Assembly: GCA_963666185.1 (NCBI GenBank)
Contig: OY762634.1
Coordinates: 3,395,284-3,459,283 of the forward strand
Source: Dehalococcoidia bacterium
GTDB lineage: Bacteria; Chloroflexota; Dehalococcoidia; Lucifugimonadales; UBA1123
Reading direction: 5' to 3'
Length of the DNA stretch: 64,000 bases
Of this stretch, positions 1-9,142 are shown piece by piece. The first letter of the stretch is position 1, and each line of letters begins with the position of its first letter. Under the pieces are notes generated by a model. The model had not been told where the DNA came from. It ran no database searches and saw only the letters and a program-made list of their open reading frames with translations. The translations under genes and the position numbers were made by a program.

Positions 1-1
1 G

Positions 2-607
2 GCGTATCTGTCTCATGGGTACGAGAGTCCCGTCTTCACCATTCTGGGAATTATCGGGAGAGTCTATCAGATGGGCTATCTGGCGGAGGACCTCGGCCCC
101 CAGAACGTCTTCTACTCCCCCGCTTCGGGCAAGAGCGTGGTGATTGACCTGGGAACCCTGAGCCAACCGAGCGAAGCCACCCGGCGACGGCCCGCGTTCG
201 ACCTGAACGACGTCCTGTTCGACATATTCCGGCTGTACACCACCCCTCAGACACCGCCAACGGACGCCGCTCAATTCGCCCAAATCAGGGAATTCAGCGT
301 GTCGGGAACGCTGGAGCGCAAGGCCGAAGCGCTCTCGAAACAGTTCGCCGCCACCGACGCGGGCCGCGCCCAGGCCGCTCTCAGGATACTGGCCGCAATC
401 GGAGAGCGGGACTATGACTCGACCGCGAGGTTCAGGGCGGACTTCCGTGACTACCTCGCGGCGGAGGAGGAGGCGGACAGGGGAGACGCCTCCGAACAAG
501 CGTGGCGCGAAGCTCTCCAAGCTCTCAGGTCGCCATACTGGAAGAAGTACCTGTTCGACGCCGAAACTGAACCAGGCCAAGGGGGTAGAAATTCACCCCC
601 ATCCTAA
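2..607 (+). CDS. protein-kinase-like domain protein, C-terminal fragment (5' end outside window)
   Basis: Frame 2 is open from the window edge to the TAA at 605-607. The segment VYQMGYLAEDLGPQNVFY...VVIDLG resembles a kinase catalytic loop and DFG region, with HRD changed to AED and K to G. A helical tail follows. The last codons and the stop lie inside the repeat at 600-753. Confidence 0.45.
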   Translation, partial: AYLSHGYESPVFTILGIIGRVYQMGYLAEDLGPQNVFYSPASGKSVVIDLGTLSQPSEATRRRPAFDLNDVLFDIFRLYTTPQTPPTDAAQFAQIREFSVSGTLERKAEALSKQFAATDAGRAQAALRILAAIGERDYDSTARFRADFRDYLAAEEEADRGDASEQAWREALQALRSPYWKKYLFDAETEPGQGGRNSPPS

Positions 608-753
608 CCTTCCCCCGTCAAGGGCTGAGAGGGATAGGCATTTCACCCTCACCCTAGCCCTCTCCCTAAGGGAGAGGGGATCTATTGACTGGAGTTCGTA
701 GCTGATTGGACATTTGCCTACCCTTGTGAGCCCGTCAAGGGGGAAGGGATTTT
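600..753 (+). repeat. composite intergenic repeat, copy 1: type-A hairpin split by a 106-bp MITE-like insert (625-730) flanked by the 11-bp direct repeat cccgtcaaggg (614-624, 731-741)
   Basis: It is nearly identical over 154 bp to 22668-22821. Removing the insert and one direct repeat restores the hairpin ccttccccc-gtcaa-gggggaagg, as seen intact at 31289-31311. The insert ends form an imperfect inverted repeat (13 of 19). It contains a type-B core at 642-680. Confidence 0.8.
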
Positions 754-762
754 CGCTTAATC

Positions 763-1872
763 CTATCCCATGAATATGTCCTCCGGCAGAAACGCCGACA
801 CCGTCACATTCGGCAGGTCAACGATATTGCTGATTCGCAGATCAACGGCCACCGAGCAGATGGCGTATGCCTGCTCACCCGTGTATCCCCTGTCGCATAG
901 CAGGTCTATCATGTCCAGCAGCGCGTTTCGCGCCGCCAGCGTCACGTCCTCGCCCTCCTGCGTTCCGTCTTCCCGTATGGGGTAGCCCATCGTGGCGGTG
1001 AAGTTGCGCGGAACGGAAAAATCGGGCGGCAGGAAGTATCCGGGGTGAGAGAATCGCGGGGTTCGAATATTCTTTCGCTCCGCCTCTCCTTTGTGGACTT
1101 TGAAACGCGCCCCGATGGTCGCGCCCATCTCTATGGCTGTGATACACACCTCCCCGTCGCCCTGCGCGAAATGTCCGTCTCCAACCGAATACAACGCGCC
1201 CTCCACAGCGACTGGAATGTACAGCCGCGACCCGCGAGTTAGCTGCTTGATGTCCATGTTGCCAGCGTTCTCGCGCGGAGGGACCGTACGCAGCCCTTCC
1301 TCGCCGACGCGACCGCCCGGCACGGCGTCTTCTATGTCCGGCGGCTGAACGATGCCGCCGCGTTCCAGCAATTCCCGCTCGCGGCGCGTCCACACCTCAA
1401 GCTGCTGGCGGGAGGGAGCGACGCCCGCCGTCCCCATGAAAGATCCGTCCGGGATCCGAACGCCCGGGATCTGCTCCGAGGTAGCGTAGCCGTGTTCTAT
1501 ATCCCAGTGCGCGATGAAGGGTTCGCTGAACACATCCCTCAGAAAGCCCGCGCCGGGCCGGAAGCGCGTCCACCCATAAGGTTCGGGGAATATGTCAACG
1601 TACTCCACTTCCAGCAGATCTCCTGGCTCCGCGCCCTGTACGTAGATAGGTCCAGTGAGCGGGTGGCTGACCTTCTGATCCATCGCCGCCAGATCATCCA
1701 CCACGACATTCGGGGTCATCTGCCCGTCCGAGGCGTCGCGGCATTCGATTATGATGTTCTCGTTCTCGCCAACCTCGAGTATCGGCGGGATGTCGGGATG
1801 CCAGCGATTATGCCCGGTCTCCGGCTCTTCCCTGAGTCTCTTGGAGCGGTCAATTCTTACAAACTGAGTCAT
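763..1872 (-). CDS. acetamidase/formamidase family amidase
   Basis: The 369-aa ORF carries FmdA/AmdA-type segments: HPLTGPIYVQGAEPGDLLEV, ENAGNMDIKQL, GDGHFAQGDGEVC. Confidence 0.85.
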   Translation of the reverse strand: MTQFVRIDRSKRLREEPETGHNRWHPDIPPILEVGENENIIIECRDASDGQMTPNVVVDDLAAMDQKVSHPLTGPIYVQGAEPGDLLEVEYVDIFPEPYGWTRFRPGAGFLRDVFSEPFIAHWDIEHGYATSEQIPGVRIPDGSFMGTAGVAPSRQQLEVWTRRERELLERGGIVQPPDIEDAVPGGRVGEEGLRTVPPRENAGNMDIKQLTRGSRLYIPVAVEGALYSVGDGHFAQGDGEVCITAIEMGATIGARFKVHKGEAERKNIRTPRFSHPGYFLPPDFSVPRNFTATMGYPIREDGTQEGEDVTLAARNALLDMIDLLCDRGYTGEQAYAICSVAVDLRISNIVDLPNVTVSAFLPEDIFMG

Positions 1873-1887
1873 GCGTAAACTCCCCTC

Positions 1888-2652
1888 TTACCCCGTAAAC
1901 GGATAGTCGTCCGCCGAATCCCGCGGCTCCCATCCCAGGACTTCCTTCGGGTGCGTGAGGTCCCTGTAATTCCAGCTGTTGTTCGAGACCGCGAAGAAGA
2001 TGTCGAATTTGAGGTCGTCCGGCGCGTCTATGCACGCCTTCAGGTGTGTTGCGACGTCCCGATGGCTCAGGTAGATGGCGTTCTCGCGCATAGTCCTGGG
2101 CCTGTCGCCCTGAGTGACCGACCCGATGCGAACGCAGACCATACTCATGCCGTAATCGTCCGAGAAGTGGCGCGCGAGGGCCTCGCCCCACACCTTGGCC
2201 GCCCCGTACAGCGCTTCGGGCCGAACATCGTGGTGGGTAAGCCTGCGAAAATCCGGCGGCACTTTATCGTAGTCGCCGGCGGCTATGTCCGAATAAGGCG
2301 GCACTCGCTCGAATCCCCGAATCGCGTTCCCGCTCGAAGCGAATATCACCCTTTTGACCCCGGCGCGTCTCGCCGCCTCGAACACGTTGTACGTACCCAG
2401 CACGTTGCCGGAATGTTGCCCCTCCCAGTCCTGCGACCCCAGGTACGCCGCCAGATGGACGACCGTATCCTGCCCCTCGAAAGCGGGCTGAATCGCGTCC
2501 AGGTCGGATATGTCCGCTTGAACAGTCCGAATCCCTTCCACCTCTCTGCGATTGAGCGCGGTAAGCTCGTACCCGCCCGCCTCTAGTAGATGTTCCTTGA
2601 GAATTCCCCCAATCAGGCCGCTCATTCCGGTAATCAACACTTTCCTGGACAC
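1888..2652 (-). CDS. NAD-dependent epimerase/dehydratase (SDR) family oxidoreductase, uronate-dehydrogenase-like
   Basis: It has a Rossmann motif ITGMSGLIGG, YGAAK (YxxxK) and a VRIGS tail. I place the start at GTG 2652, preceded by AGGAGA at a 6-nt spacing. The longer ATG 2787 extension is hydrophobic with no homology signal. Confidence 0.8.
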   Translation of the reverse strand: MSRKVLITGMSGLIGGILKEHLLEAGGYELTALNRREVEGIRTVQADISDLDAIQPAFEGQDTVVHLAAYLGSQDWEGQHSGNVLGTYNVFEAARRAGVKRVIFASSGNAIRGFERVPPYSDIAAGDYDKVPPDFRRLTHHDVRPEALYGAAKVWGEALARHFSDDYGMSMVCVRIGSVTQGDRPRTMRENAIYLSHRDVATHLKACIDAPDDLKFDIFFAVSNNSWNYRDLTHPKEVLGWEPRDSADDYPFTG

Positions 2653-2856
2653 GCTGTTTCTCCTGTCTCTTAAATAATCCCCCGACTCCCGCTTCCCGCC
2701 AGACAGTAGTAAACAAGCGTCAAGCCCGATTGTCAAGCCAAACTGCCGCCGCTCGACAATCCACCACGCCCAAATCCAAACCAACAATTGACAATTCCCG
2801 ACTCTTATTTGACAATAGCGCTATAATGTTCCTTCCCTGAATAAAGGAAGTTGACC

Positions 2857-4293
2857 ATGACGCAAGAGAGACATCTCTGGGACAACCAGAGCGCGAATTT
2901 CGATGAGGCCAACCAGGACCCCCTGGCGAGGCAGTCGTTCGACCACGTCACCCAAGCCTCGGCGGAGTCCATGGAACTGCTGAAGGCCTACGAGCGCGAA
3001 CTGAGCGACGAACCCACCGACACGGTGAGGGAGTATCTGCGCGCCATAGGCCAGCACACCCTTCTGAGCGCTCAGCAGGAACTCGCCCTGGGCCGGGACG
3101 TGGAACGCTGGATGCTGCTGAAGGACACGCGCAAGCGGCTGCGAGAGGAGTTCGGATACGAACCCGACACCGCCCGGACAGCGGCGGCGATTCTGTACGG
3201 CGTATTCACCGACCTTCTCGTTCTCAGAACTCTGGCCGAACAGACCGAACTGGAACTCCCCCTGGAAGCGCCCGCCAGCGTGATTCTTTCGCGGGACGAC
3301 GTGCGAGATATTCTCGACAGCCCCATCTCCGACGCCCTCAAGGAGACCGTATCGGACAGCCTGGACATAGAGATTGACGAGTCCGCGCCCAGGATAACCG
3401 ATATGTCCAAGGTGTCCGCGCTGATCCCGGTCAAGGTCGTCAGCGAGCTTGAGAGGACGCTCGGCCCCCAGCTATATCACGAGTCTCTGGATGAGGAGAC
3501 CATAGCGAACTCCATTGACGGACTCGCGCCGGACCTCGAACGCTGGTGGCGAGTGATAGAGGCGCGCGGAGAGGCCGCTTCCGAGCGGCTCACCAACTCC
3601 AACCTGAGACTGGTCGTGAGCGTAGCGCGGAGGTATCTCAGGCGCGGCCTTCCGCTGCTCGACCTGATACAGGAAGGAAACCTGGGCCTGATGCGCGCGG
3701 TCGAGAAGTACGACCCCCACAGGGGCTTCAAGTTCAGCACCTACGCCACCTGGTGGATTCGGCAGGCGGTCACCCGCGCCCTCGCCGACCAGGGCCGCAC
3801 CATAAGGCTGCCCGTTCACGTTGTCGAGAGACTCCAGCAGCTCAACACCGCCGAGCGCAAGCTCATACGCGACAACGACCGCGACCCTACCCCGGCCGAA
3901 CTCGCCGAGGAGCTTGAGTGGACGGTCGAACAGGTCGAAAACCTGATGCGCCAGCGTCAGCACACGATCTCGCTCGGCACTCCGGTGGGCGACGAGGACT
4001 CCACCCTCGAGGACTTCATCAAGGACACCAGCGGCAAGACGCCCTACGAGGTGGCGATGAAGATGCTGACCAGGGAGGACGTCATAGAGGCGCTGGACAA
4101 CATCCCGCCCCGTCTCCGCATGGTTCTCGCGCTCAGGTTCGGCTTCATTGACGACAGGCCGCGCACGCTGGAGGAAGTCGGCAGGGAACTCGGAGTGACG
4201 CGGGAGCGCGTGCGCCAGTTAGAGAAGCAGGCGCTCACCATGCTCAGGGGTTCAGGCAAGCTGCCCACCATCGAGGAGACCGAACCGGACTAA
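2857..4293 (+). CDS. rpoD: primary RNA polymerase sigma-70 factor
   Basis: Region 2 reads DLIQEGNLGLMRAVEKYDPHRGFKFSTYATWWIRQAVTRA. Region 4.2 reads TLEEVGRELGVTRERVRQLE. ATG 2857 lies 6 nt after AAGGAAG; the ORF track begins at TTG 2851. Confidence 0.95.
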   Translation: MTQERHLWDNQSANFDEANQDPLARQSFDHVTQASAESMELLKAYERELSDEPTDTVREYLRAIGQHTLLSAQQELALGRDVERWMLLKDTRKRLREEFGYEPDTARTAAAILYGVFTDLLVLRTLAEQTELELPLEAPASVILSRDDVRDILDSPISDALKETVSDSLDIEIDESAPRITDMSKVSALIPVKVVSELERTLGPQLYHESLDEETIANSIDGLAPDLERWWRVIEARGEAASERLTNSNLRLVVSVARRYLRRGLPLLDLIQEGNLGLMRAVEKYDPHRGFKFSTYATWWIRQAVTRALADQGRTIRLPVHVVERLQQLNTAERKLIRDNDRDPTPAELAEELEWTVEQVENLMRQRQHTISLGTPVGDEDSTLEDFIKDTSGKTPYEVAMKMLTREDVIEALDNIPPRLRMVLALRFGFIDDRPRTLEEVGRELGVTRERVRQLEKQALTMLRGSGKLPTIEETEPD

Positions 4294-4320
4294 TTCCCAG
4301 TAGGGAGTGGCGCGTAAACA

Positions 4321-4362
4321 CCCCCTCTCCCTTGATGGGAGAGGGCTGGGGTGAGGGTGAAA
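4321..4362 (-). repeat. type-B palindromic repeat (solo copy)
   Basis: The hairpin is ccctctccc-ttgat-gggagaggg, followed by ctggggtgagggtgaa. It is the reverse complement of the core at 642-680 and 22718-22756 and matches 63027-63065. It lies between the convergent rpoD and PIG-L genes and is probably terminator-like. Confidence 0.75.
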
Positions 4363-4380
4363 CCTGTTTTGAGATAGTAG

Positions 4381-5079
4381 CTAACGCCCTATGACGATCC
4401 GCTTGAACCCTTCGGCCAGGCCGCCGCCTATATGCTGTCCCGTTTCGGCGGAGCGTTCGCGCAGCCACGCCTCGCGCTCCTCTCTCGGCGTTCCCATCTG
4501 GCTGACGTGGCAGTACAGCGCGTCCACCTTCGTGGTGAACGTGTCGCTGATGTCAACGAATACGTCCGGCTCGTCCGGCCTGAACAGCCACACTTCCCGA
4601 ACCTTGAAGGGATCAAGCCCCTCGTCCAGAAGTTCGGGGAACGCCAGATGATCGCGCGCGTAGGGGAACACGGCGTCCAGCGTCACCCGTCCCGCCATGT
4701 AGTGGTCCCTGTGCCTGATGTAACGGTTGTGGCCCGGGTCTATGGTGACCACCAGGTCCGGGCGGTGCTTCCTTATCTGGCGCGAGATAGCCAGCCTCAA
4801 TTCGCGGCTGTCTTCGAGGTTCTGGTCCGGGAACCTGAGAAACACCACTTCCTCCAGCCCCAGCGCCTCGGCGGCGTCGAGCTGTTCCTTCTCGCGTATG
4901 GCCGCCAGCTTCTCGGGCTTCAGATTCCTGTCGCTGGTTCCCTTGTCGCCGTTGGTGCATACGACGAGGACTACCTTCTTCCCTTCGCGCGCCCACCTGG
5001 CCATGCTTCCGCCCGCGCCTCCCTCGGCGTCGTCGGGATGCGGCGTCACCACCAGAACTGTATTCATTGGATTGGTCAT
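4381..5079 (-). CDS. PIG-L/LmbE family deacetylase
   Basis: Motifs VVTPHPDDAEGG and HRDH, at the typical length of 232 aa. Confidence 0.85.
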   Translation of the reverse strand: MTNPMNTVLVVTPHPDDAEGGAGGSMARWAREGKKVVLVVCTNGDKGTSDRNLKPEKLAAIREKEQLDAAEALGLEEVVFLRFPDQNLEDSRELRLAISRQIRKHRPDLVVTIDPGHNRYIRHRDHYMAGRVTLDAVFPYARDHLAFPELLDEGLDPFKVREVWLFRPDEPDVFVDISDTFTTKVDALYCHVSQMGTPREEREAWLRERSAETGQHIGGGLAEGFKRIVIGR

Positions 5080-5230
5080 ACTTCCCCGATCTCCTTTGTT
5101 CCAACTTTCCGCTCTCTATCATGTATCCTATATCACATAGAACATACTAACATTGGAGACGGGGCAACTTGTACTGCAATTCATATACCGAGAGAATCGC
5201 ATAAGCGGAACCGCGACAGCCCAACCTGTG

Positions 5231-5255
5231 GATTCCCGCTTTCGCTGGAATGACG
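5231..5255 (+). repeat. type-C hairpin repeat (gattcccgc-tttc-gctggaat)
   Basis: The same motif occurs at 15356-15383 and 63078-63097. Translated spuriously it gives the well-known (D)SRFRGNDE-type peptide. Confidence 0.7.
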
Positions 5256-5312
5256 AAAAGGCTGAACAGAGAACTTTCGCAATCATCTTCACATAGCAAT
5301 GGACGGCGATAT

Positions 5313-7787
5313 ATGGCGCGAATAACAAAACCGGAGGAATTTCTGGGCTTTAGAGTAGGCGAAGACAGGAAATTGGCCGGATGGAAAGAGTCGGTCGGCT
5401 ACTTCCATCTGCTCGACGCCCAGAGCGACAGGGTGGCCGTCGAGGAAATAGGCCGCTCCACGGAGAACCACCCGTTCATCCTCTGTACCATCAGTTCGCC
5501 CGACAACCTGCGGAGCCTGGAACGCTTTCGCGCGCTCCAGCAGTCGCTGTCCGACCCTGAAACGCTCAGCGCGGAAGAAGCCGAGAGCGCCATAGGCCAA
5601 GCCCGCGCGGTCGTGGCCGTCACCTGCTCCATCCACGCGACCGAAGTGGGCGGCGGCCAGATGGCGCTGGAACTGGCTCACCTGCTCGCGTCCTCCGACG
5701 ATGAAAGAACGCGCGCCATTCTGGACAACGTTATCCTGCTGCTGGTTCCCAGCGTGAACCCGGACGGACTGGTTCGGGTGAAGGACTGGTACGACGCATC
5801 GCTCGGAACGCATTTCGAGGGTTCGATTCCTCCCTACCTGTATCATAAGTACACGGGACACGATAACAACCGCGACTGGTTCATGTTCACGCAGAAAGAG
5901 ACCCGGTTGGTCGTCGAACATATCCACAACGCTTGGCGTCCGCACATCACATACGATCTTCACCAGACTCGCGCCGACGGAATGAGGATGATACTTCCTC
6001 CCCTGCTGGATCCAATCGGTCCCAATGTGGATCCCGTCATCCAGAGCGAAATGGCGGCACTGGGGGCGCACATGGCGGCGCAGCTAATCTCCGAGGGCAA
6101 GGGCGGCGTCGCGGTCAACATGGTCTATGACTCCTACAGCCCAAGCCGCTCATACCCCCACTACCACGGCGGCCTCCGAATCCTGTCCGAGGCGGCCAGC
6201 GCGAAGATAGCCTCCCCCATTGATATTCCCCTGGCCAGTCTCAAAGACGACCGCGGCGAGACGCCGAGAGCCAAGTCATGGAAACATCCTCTCCCCTGGA
6301 AGGGGGGCAAGTGGAGCCTGCGCGACATAGTTGAATACGACCTGTCGGCGACGCTGGCCTGTCTGGATCACGCCGCGCGCAACCGCGCCTGGTGGGTCCG
6401 CAACGCCTACGAGGCGCTCAACCGCGCCGCGACCGTCCAAGCGAACCCATCCGCGTTCGTCATACCCCAAGCCCAGCATGACCGGAGCGCGGTGGACGAA
6501 CTGCTGGAACTGCTGCGATTCGCCCAAGTGGACATACACCGTTCCGATCAGGCCGTCACCCGCGATGGGGTCGGCGTGGAGGCCGGCGACTACGTGATTC
6601 TCACGCGCCAGAGGTTCGGCTCTTTCGCCAAGACGATGCTTGAGAAGCAGACCTACCCGGACATTCGCCAGTTCCCGGGCGGGCCTCCCAAACAACCCTA
6701 CGACGCCACTTCCCACAGCCTGCCCCTCTCCATGGGCGTGACAAGCCATAAATTGAGCGCCCCGGTTGATTTCGGGATAACTCGCCTGGACTCGCCGACT
6801 CCGCGAACCGAAGCGCTCAAACGAATCCTCGAGACGGACACGCCGGCCTACGCCATAGGTCCCGAATCCAACGCCGCCAGCCTTCTCGTCAACCGCCTTC
6901 TCTTCGACGGCCACCCCGTCTTCCGCGCCCGCGAAGAATTGAGCGCTGGCGAAGAAACGCTGGCCCCAGGCGTCTGGGTCATACCGGCGTCGGATGCGTC
7001 CAGGGATGTACTCTCATCGAACGCGGGAAGCGTCAGAGTACGGCCAGTCCACTCCAGGCCAGCCAAGGGCCTCAAACTGGTGCGCCCCGCACGGATAGGC
7101 ATATACGCCAGCTACGTTCCAAGCATCGAGGAAGGCTGGACACGGTACGTTTTCGACAACTACGGATTCAAGTACACGTCTCTAGTGGACGGCGACATCA
7201 AGGAGCGCGGCCTGGAAAGCCGGTTCGATTGTGTCATCGTCCCACACCAGAGAGTGCGCCAACTCCGTCGCGGTTTCAGCAGCGCGCGCTACGCGCCGCG
7301 ATTTTCGGGCGGGCTTGGGGATAGGGGCATCGAGGCGCTGCGCCGGTTCGCCGAGCGCGGCGGAACGATAATCGTCTGGGACGACGCCAGCCGACTGCTC
7401 GTCCACCACCTGAAACTCCCTGTGAGCAATCCCCTCGCCAGAATGTCCAGATCCGACTTCTTCGCGCCCGGCAGTCTCTTGAAGATAGAGGTTGACACCA
7501 CCCACCCAATCGGGTTCGGAATGCCCAAAGAGGCGGCGGCCTTCTACCTGAACGGCCCCGCCTACCGCGTGGAGAAAGGCGACACCATAGCCAGATTCTC
7601 TGAGGAAGACACGCTACTCAGCGGCCTTCTCATAGGCCGGGAACATATCGCCGGGCTGTCCGCGCTGGTGTCCGTCCCGGTTGGGCTGGGCAGGATAATC
7701 CTGTTCGGATTCAGGCCGCACTTCCGCGCGCAAGCCAGGGGAACCTATAAGCTGCTCTTCAACTCCGTGTACCACTCGATCAGATAG
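5313..7787 (+). CDS. M14 family zinc carboxypeptidase-like protein, long form
   Basis: Zinc-ligand HxxE (HATE), VNPDG, GHDNNRDW and DLHQ are present, with a C-terminal extension of about 500 aa. I start it at ATG 5313 because the track start at 5250 lies inside the type-C repeat. Confidence 0.8.
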   Translation: MARITKPEEFLGFRVGEDRKLAGWKESVGYFHLLDAQSDRVAVEEIGRSTENHPFILCTISSPDNLRSLERFRALQQSLSDPETLSAEEAESAIGQARAVVAVTCSIHATEVGGGQMALELAHLLASSDDERTRAILDNVILLLVPSVNPDGLVRVKDWYDASLGTHFEGSIPPYLYHKYTGHDNNRDWFMFTQKETRLVVEHIHNAWRPHITYDLHQTRADGMRMILPPLLDPIGPNVDPVIQSEMAALGAHMAAQLISEGKGGVAVNMVYDSYSPSRSYPHYHGGLRILSEAASAKIASPIDIPLASLKDDRGETPRAKSWKHPLPWKGGKWSLRDIVEYDLSATLACLDHAARNRAWWVRNAYEALNRAATVQANPSAFVIPQAQHDRSAVDELLELLRFAQVDIHRSDQAVTRDGVGVEAGDYVILTRQRFGSFAKTMLEKQTYPDIRQFPGGPPKQPYDATSHSLPLSMGVTSHKLSAPVDFGITRLDSPTPRTEALKRILETDTPAYAIGPESNAASLLVNRLLFDGHPVFRAREELSAGEETLAPGVWVIPASDASRDVLSSNAGSVRVRPVHSRPAKGLKLVRPARIGIYASYVPSIEEGWTRYVFDNYGFKYTSLVDGDIKERGLESRFDCVIVPHQRVRQLRRGFSSARYAPRFSGGLGDRGIEALRRFAERGGTIIVWDDASRLLVHHLKLPVSNPLARMSRSDFFAPGSLLKIEVDTTHPIGFGMPKEAAAFYLNGPAYRVEKGDTIARFSEEDTLLSGLLIGREHIAGLSALVSVPVGLGRIILFGFRPHFRAQARGTYKLLFNSVYHSIR

Positions 7788-7799
7788 CGCCCGGACGCC

Positions 7800-9017
7800 T
7801 TATCCTCTATCCTCCTCCGGCGCTCTGACCGACCTGAACATCACGTACAGCGCCGCATTGTAAACCAGCTTTATCACGCTGCCCACCACGATGGGAACGC
7901 CGAGAAGCGTGGACTGCGCCACAATCCCCGCGAGCGCCGGGCTGATGGCCTGCGCCGTCGTCCTGCCCAGATTCGTTACGCTTGCCGTCGCGGTTCGCGC
8001 TTCCGGCGGGACTATGGCCATAGAGTAAGACTGCCGCGTGGGAATGTCCATGTCGTTGATCAGTTCTCTTATCAGGAAGAACACGACAGCCAACAGCCAG
8101 TTCCCGGTCAGCGCCATGAGTATCATCACCGAGTTGGCGAGTCCCTGGGAAGCGGCCATCGTCGTTATCAGCCCGACGCGACGCGCTATCGGAACGGCCA
8201 GCATTATGGACACCGCGTTGAGAATCTGACCCGCGAAGAATATAGCGGCTATCGCCTCCAGCGACATATCGAACCTGTTGGCGAAGAAGAACGACATGAA
8301 GCTCTGCACCATGAAGCCGCCGCCAAGCGAGTCCAGGCTGAACAGGACGGCAAGCTGTATCATGATGGTCCGCGCGCTTCGCGGCATATCGGGCGGCGGC
8401 TCGGAGGCGGGAGAGTCGGCGGGCAGCGACTCCGCGGCGGGCGTCAGCTTCCAGTAAACCGCGACACCCGCGAAGGCGATGAGCGAGTACGCGAGGAACA
8501 TCGCCTTGAAGGACGCCACTTCATCCATGCCGATCCAGACTTGCAGCGCGACGGGGACGGCTATCATCAGCGAGCCGAGCGCCTTCGTGAGCCTGCCCAG
8601 AAGGTTGTACCAGCTGAATAGCATTGTGCGCTGGGACGCCGCGCCGGACTGCGCCAGTATCGCCATGTCCAGCGACAGGAACGCGGTCCGGTCGCCCCCG
8701 GTGGAGGTGGTCATCGCCATGAGGGATATGGCGACCAGCAGAGCCGTCTGCTCCGTGAGCGGGAACAGGACGCCCCCCACTCCCATGAGCAGCGCCATAG
8801 CGACCAGCATACGGCGTCGGCCTATCGTGTCTCCCTTCCAGCTGGATACTATGTTGGAGAGCGTACCGCCCGCCATTATAGCGCTCAGCACTATTCCCAG
8901 CTGGAGCGGCGAATAGTCCAGCAGATCGAGATAGACGCCCAGGAAGACGCTGATGAATCCGTAGTCCAGCGACCGGACGGCGGACGCGATGACGACCACC
9001 TTCCCGTTCGCGTCCAC
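7800..9017 (-). CDS. MFS transporter
   Basis: About 12 predicted hydrophobic helices are visible, with a GDTIGRRR loop between TM2 and TM3. The start codon is GTG. Confidence 0.8.
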   Translation of the reverse strand: MDANGKVVVIASAVRSLDYGFISVFLGVYLDLLDYSPLQLGIVLSAIMAGGTLSNIVSSWKGDTIGRRRMLVAMALLMGVGGVLFPLTEQTALLVAISLMAMTTSTGGDRTAFLSLDMAILAQSGAASQRTMLFSWYNLLGRLTKALGSLMIAVPVALQVWIGMDEVASFKAMFLAYSLIAFAGVAVYWKLTPAAESLPADSPASEPPPDMPRSARTIMIQLAVLFSLDSLGGGFMVQSFMSFFFANRFDMSLEAIAAIFFAGQILNAVSIMLAVPIARRVGLITTMAASQGLANSVMILMALTGNWLLAVVFFLIRELINDMDIPTRQSYSMAIVPPEARTATASVTNLGRTTAQAISPALAGIVAQSTLLGVPIVVGSVIKLVYNAALYVMFRSVRAPEEDRG

Positions 9018-9142
9018 TGTCGGGATGAGGGAGTTGCGAATAGAGCGCAGAGAGTTCAGAATTTTGGGTGTGTCCGTTGCTTATTGCGGGAATAGCTATA
9101 TTATATCCACCTATTCAGGGAGATAATGCAGGTATTTCCTCC

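Noticed and set aside
2788-2827. Two TTGACAAT boxes (2788, 2809) and a TATAAT (2822-2827) upstream of rpoD as a standard promoter
   Set aside because: Spacing from the TTGACA boxes to the TATAAT is 28 and 7 nt, neither compatible with sigma-70 geometry. The first box with GACAAT at 17 nt is possible but weak. I did not call it as a feature.
5250-5312. Upstream start codon given by the ORF track for the M14 peptidase gene
   Set aside because: The ATG at 5250 lies inside the type-C hairpin repeat (5231-5255). The added 21 residues are unstructured Ser/Arg-rich sequence, so I prefer ATG 5313.
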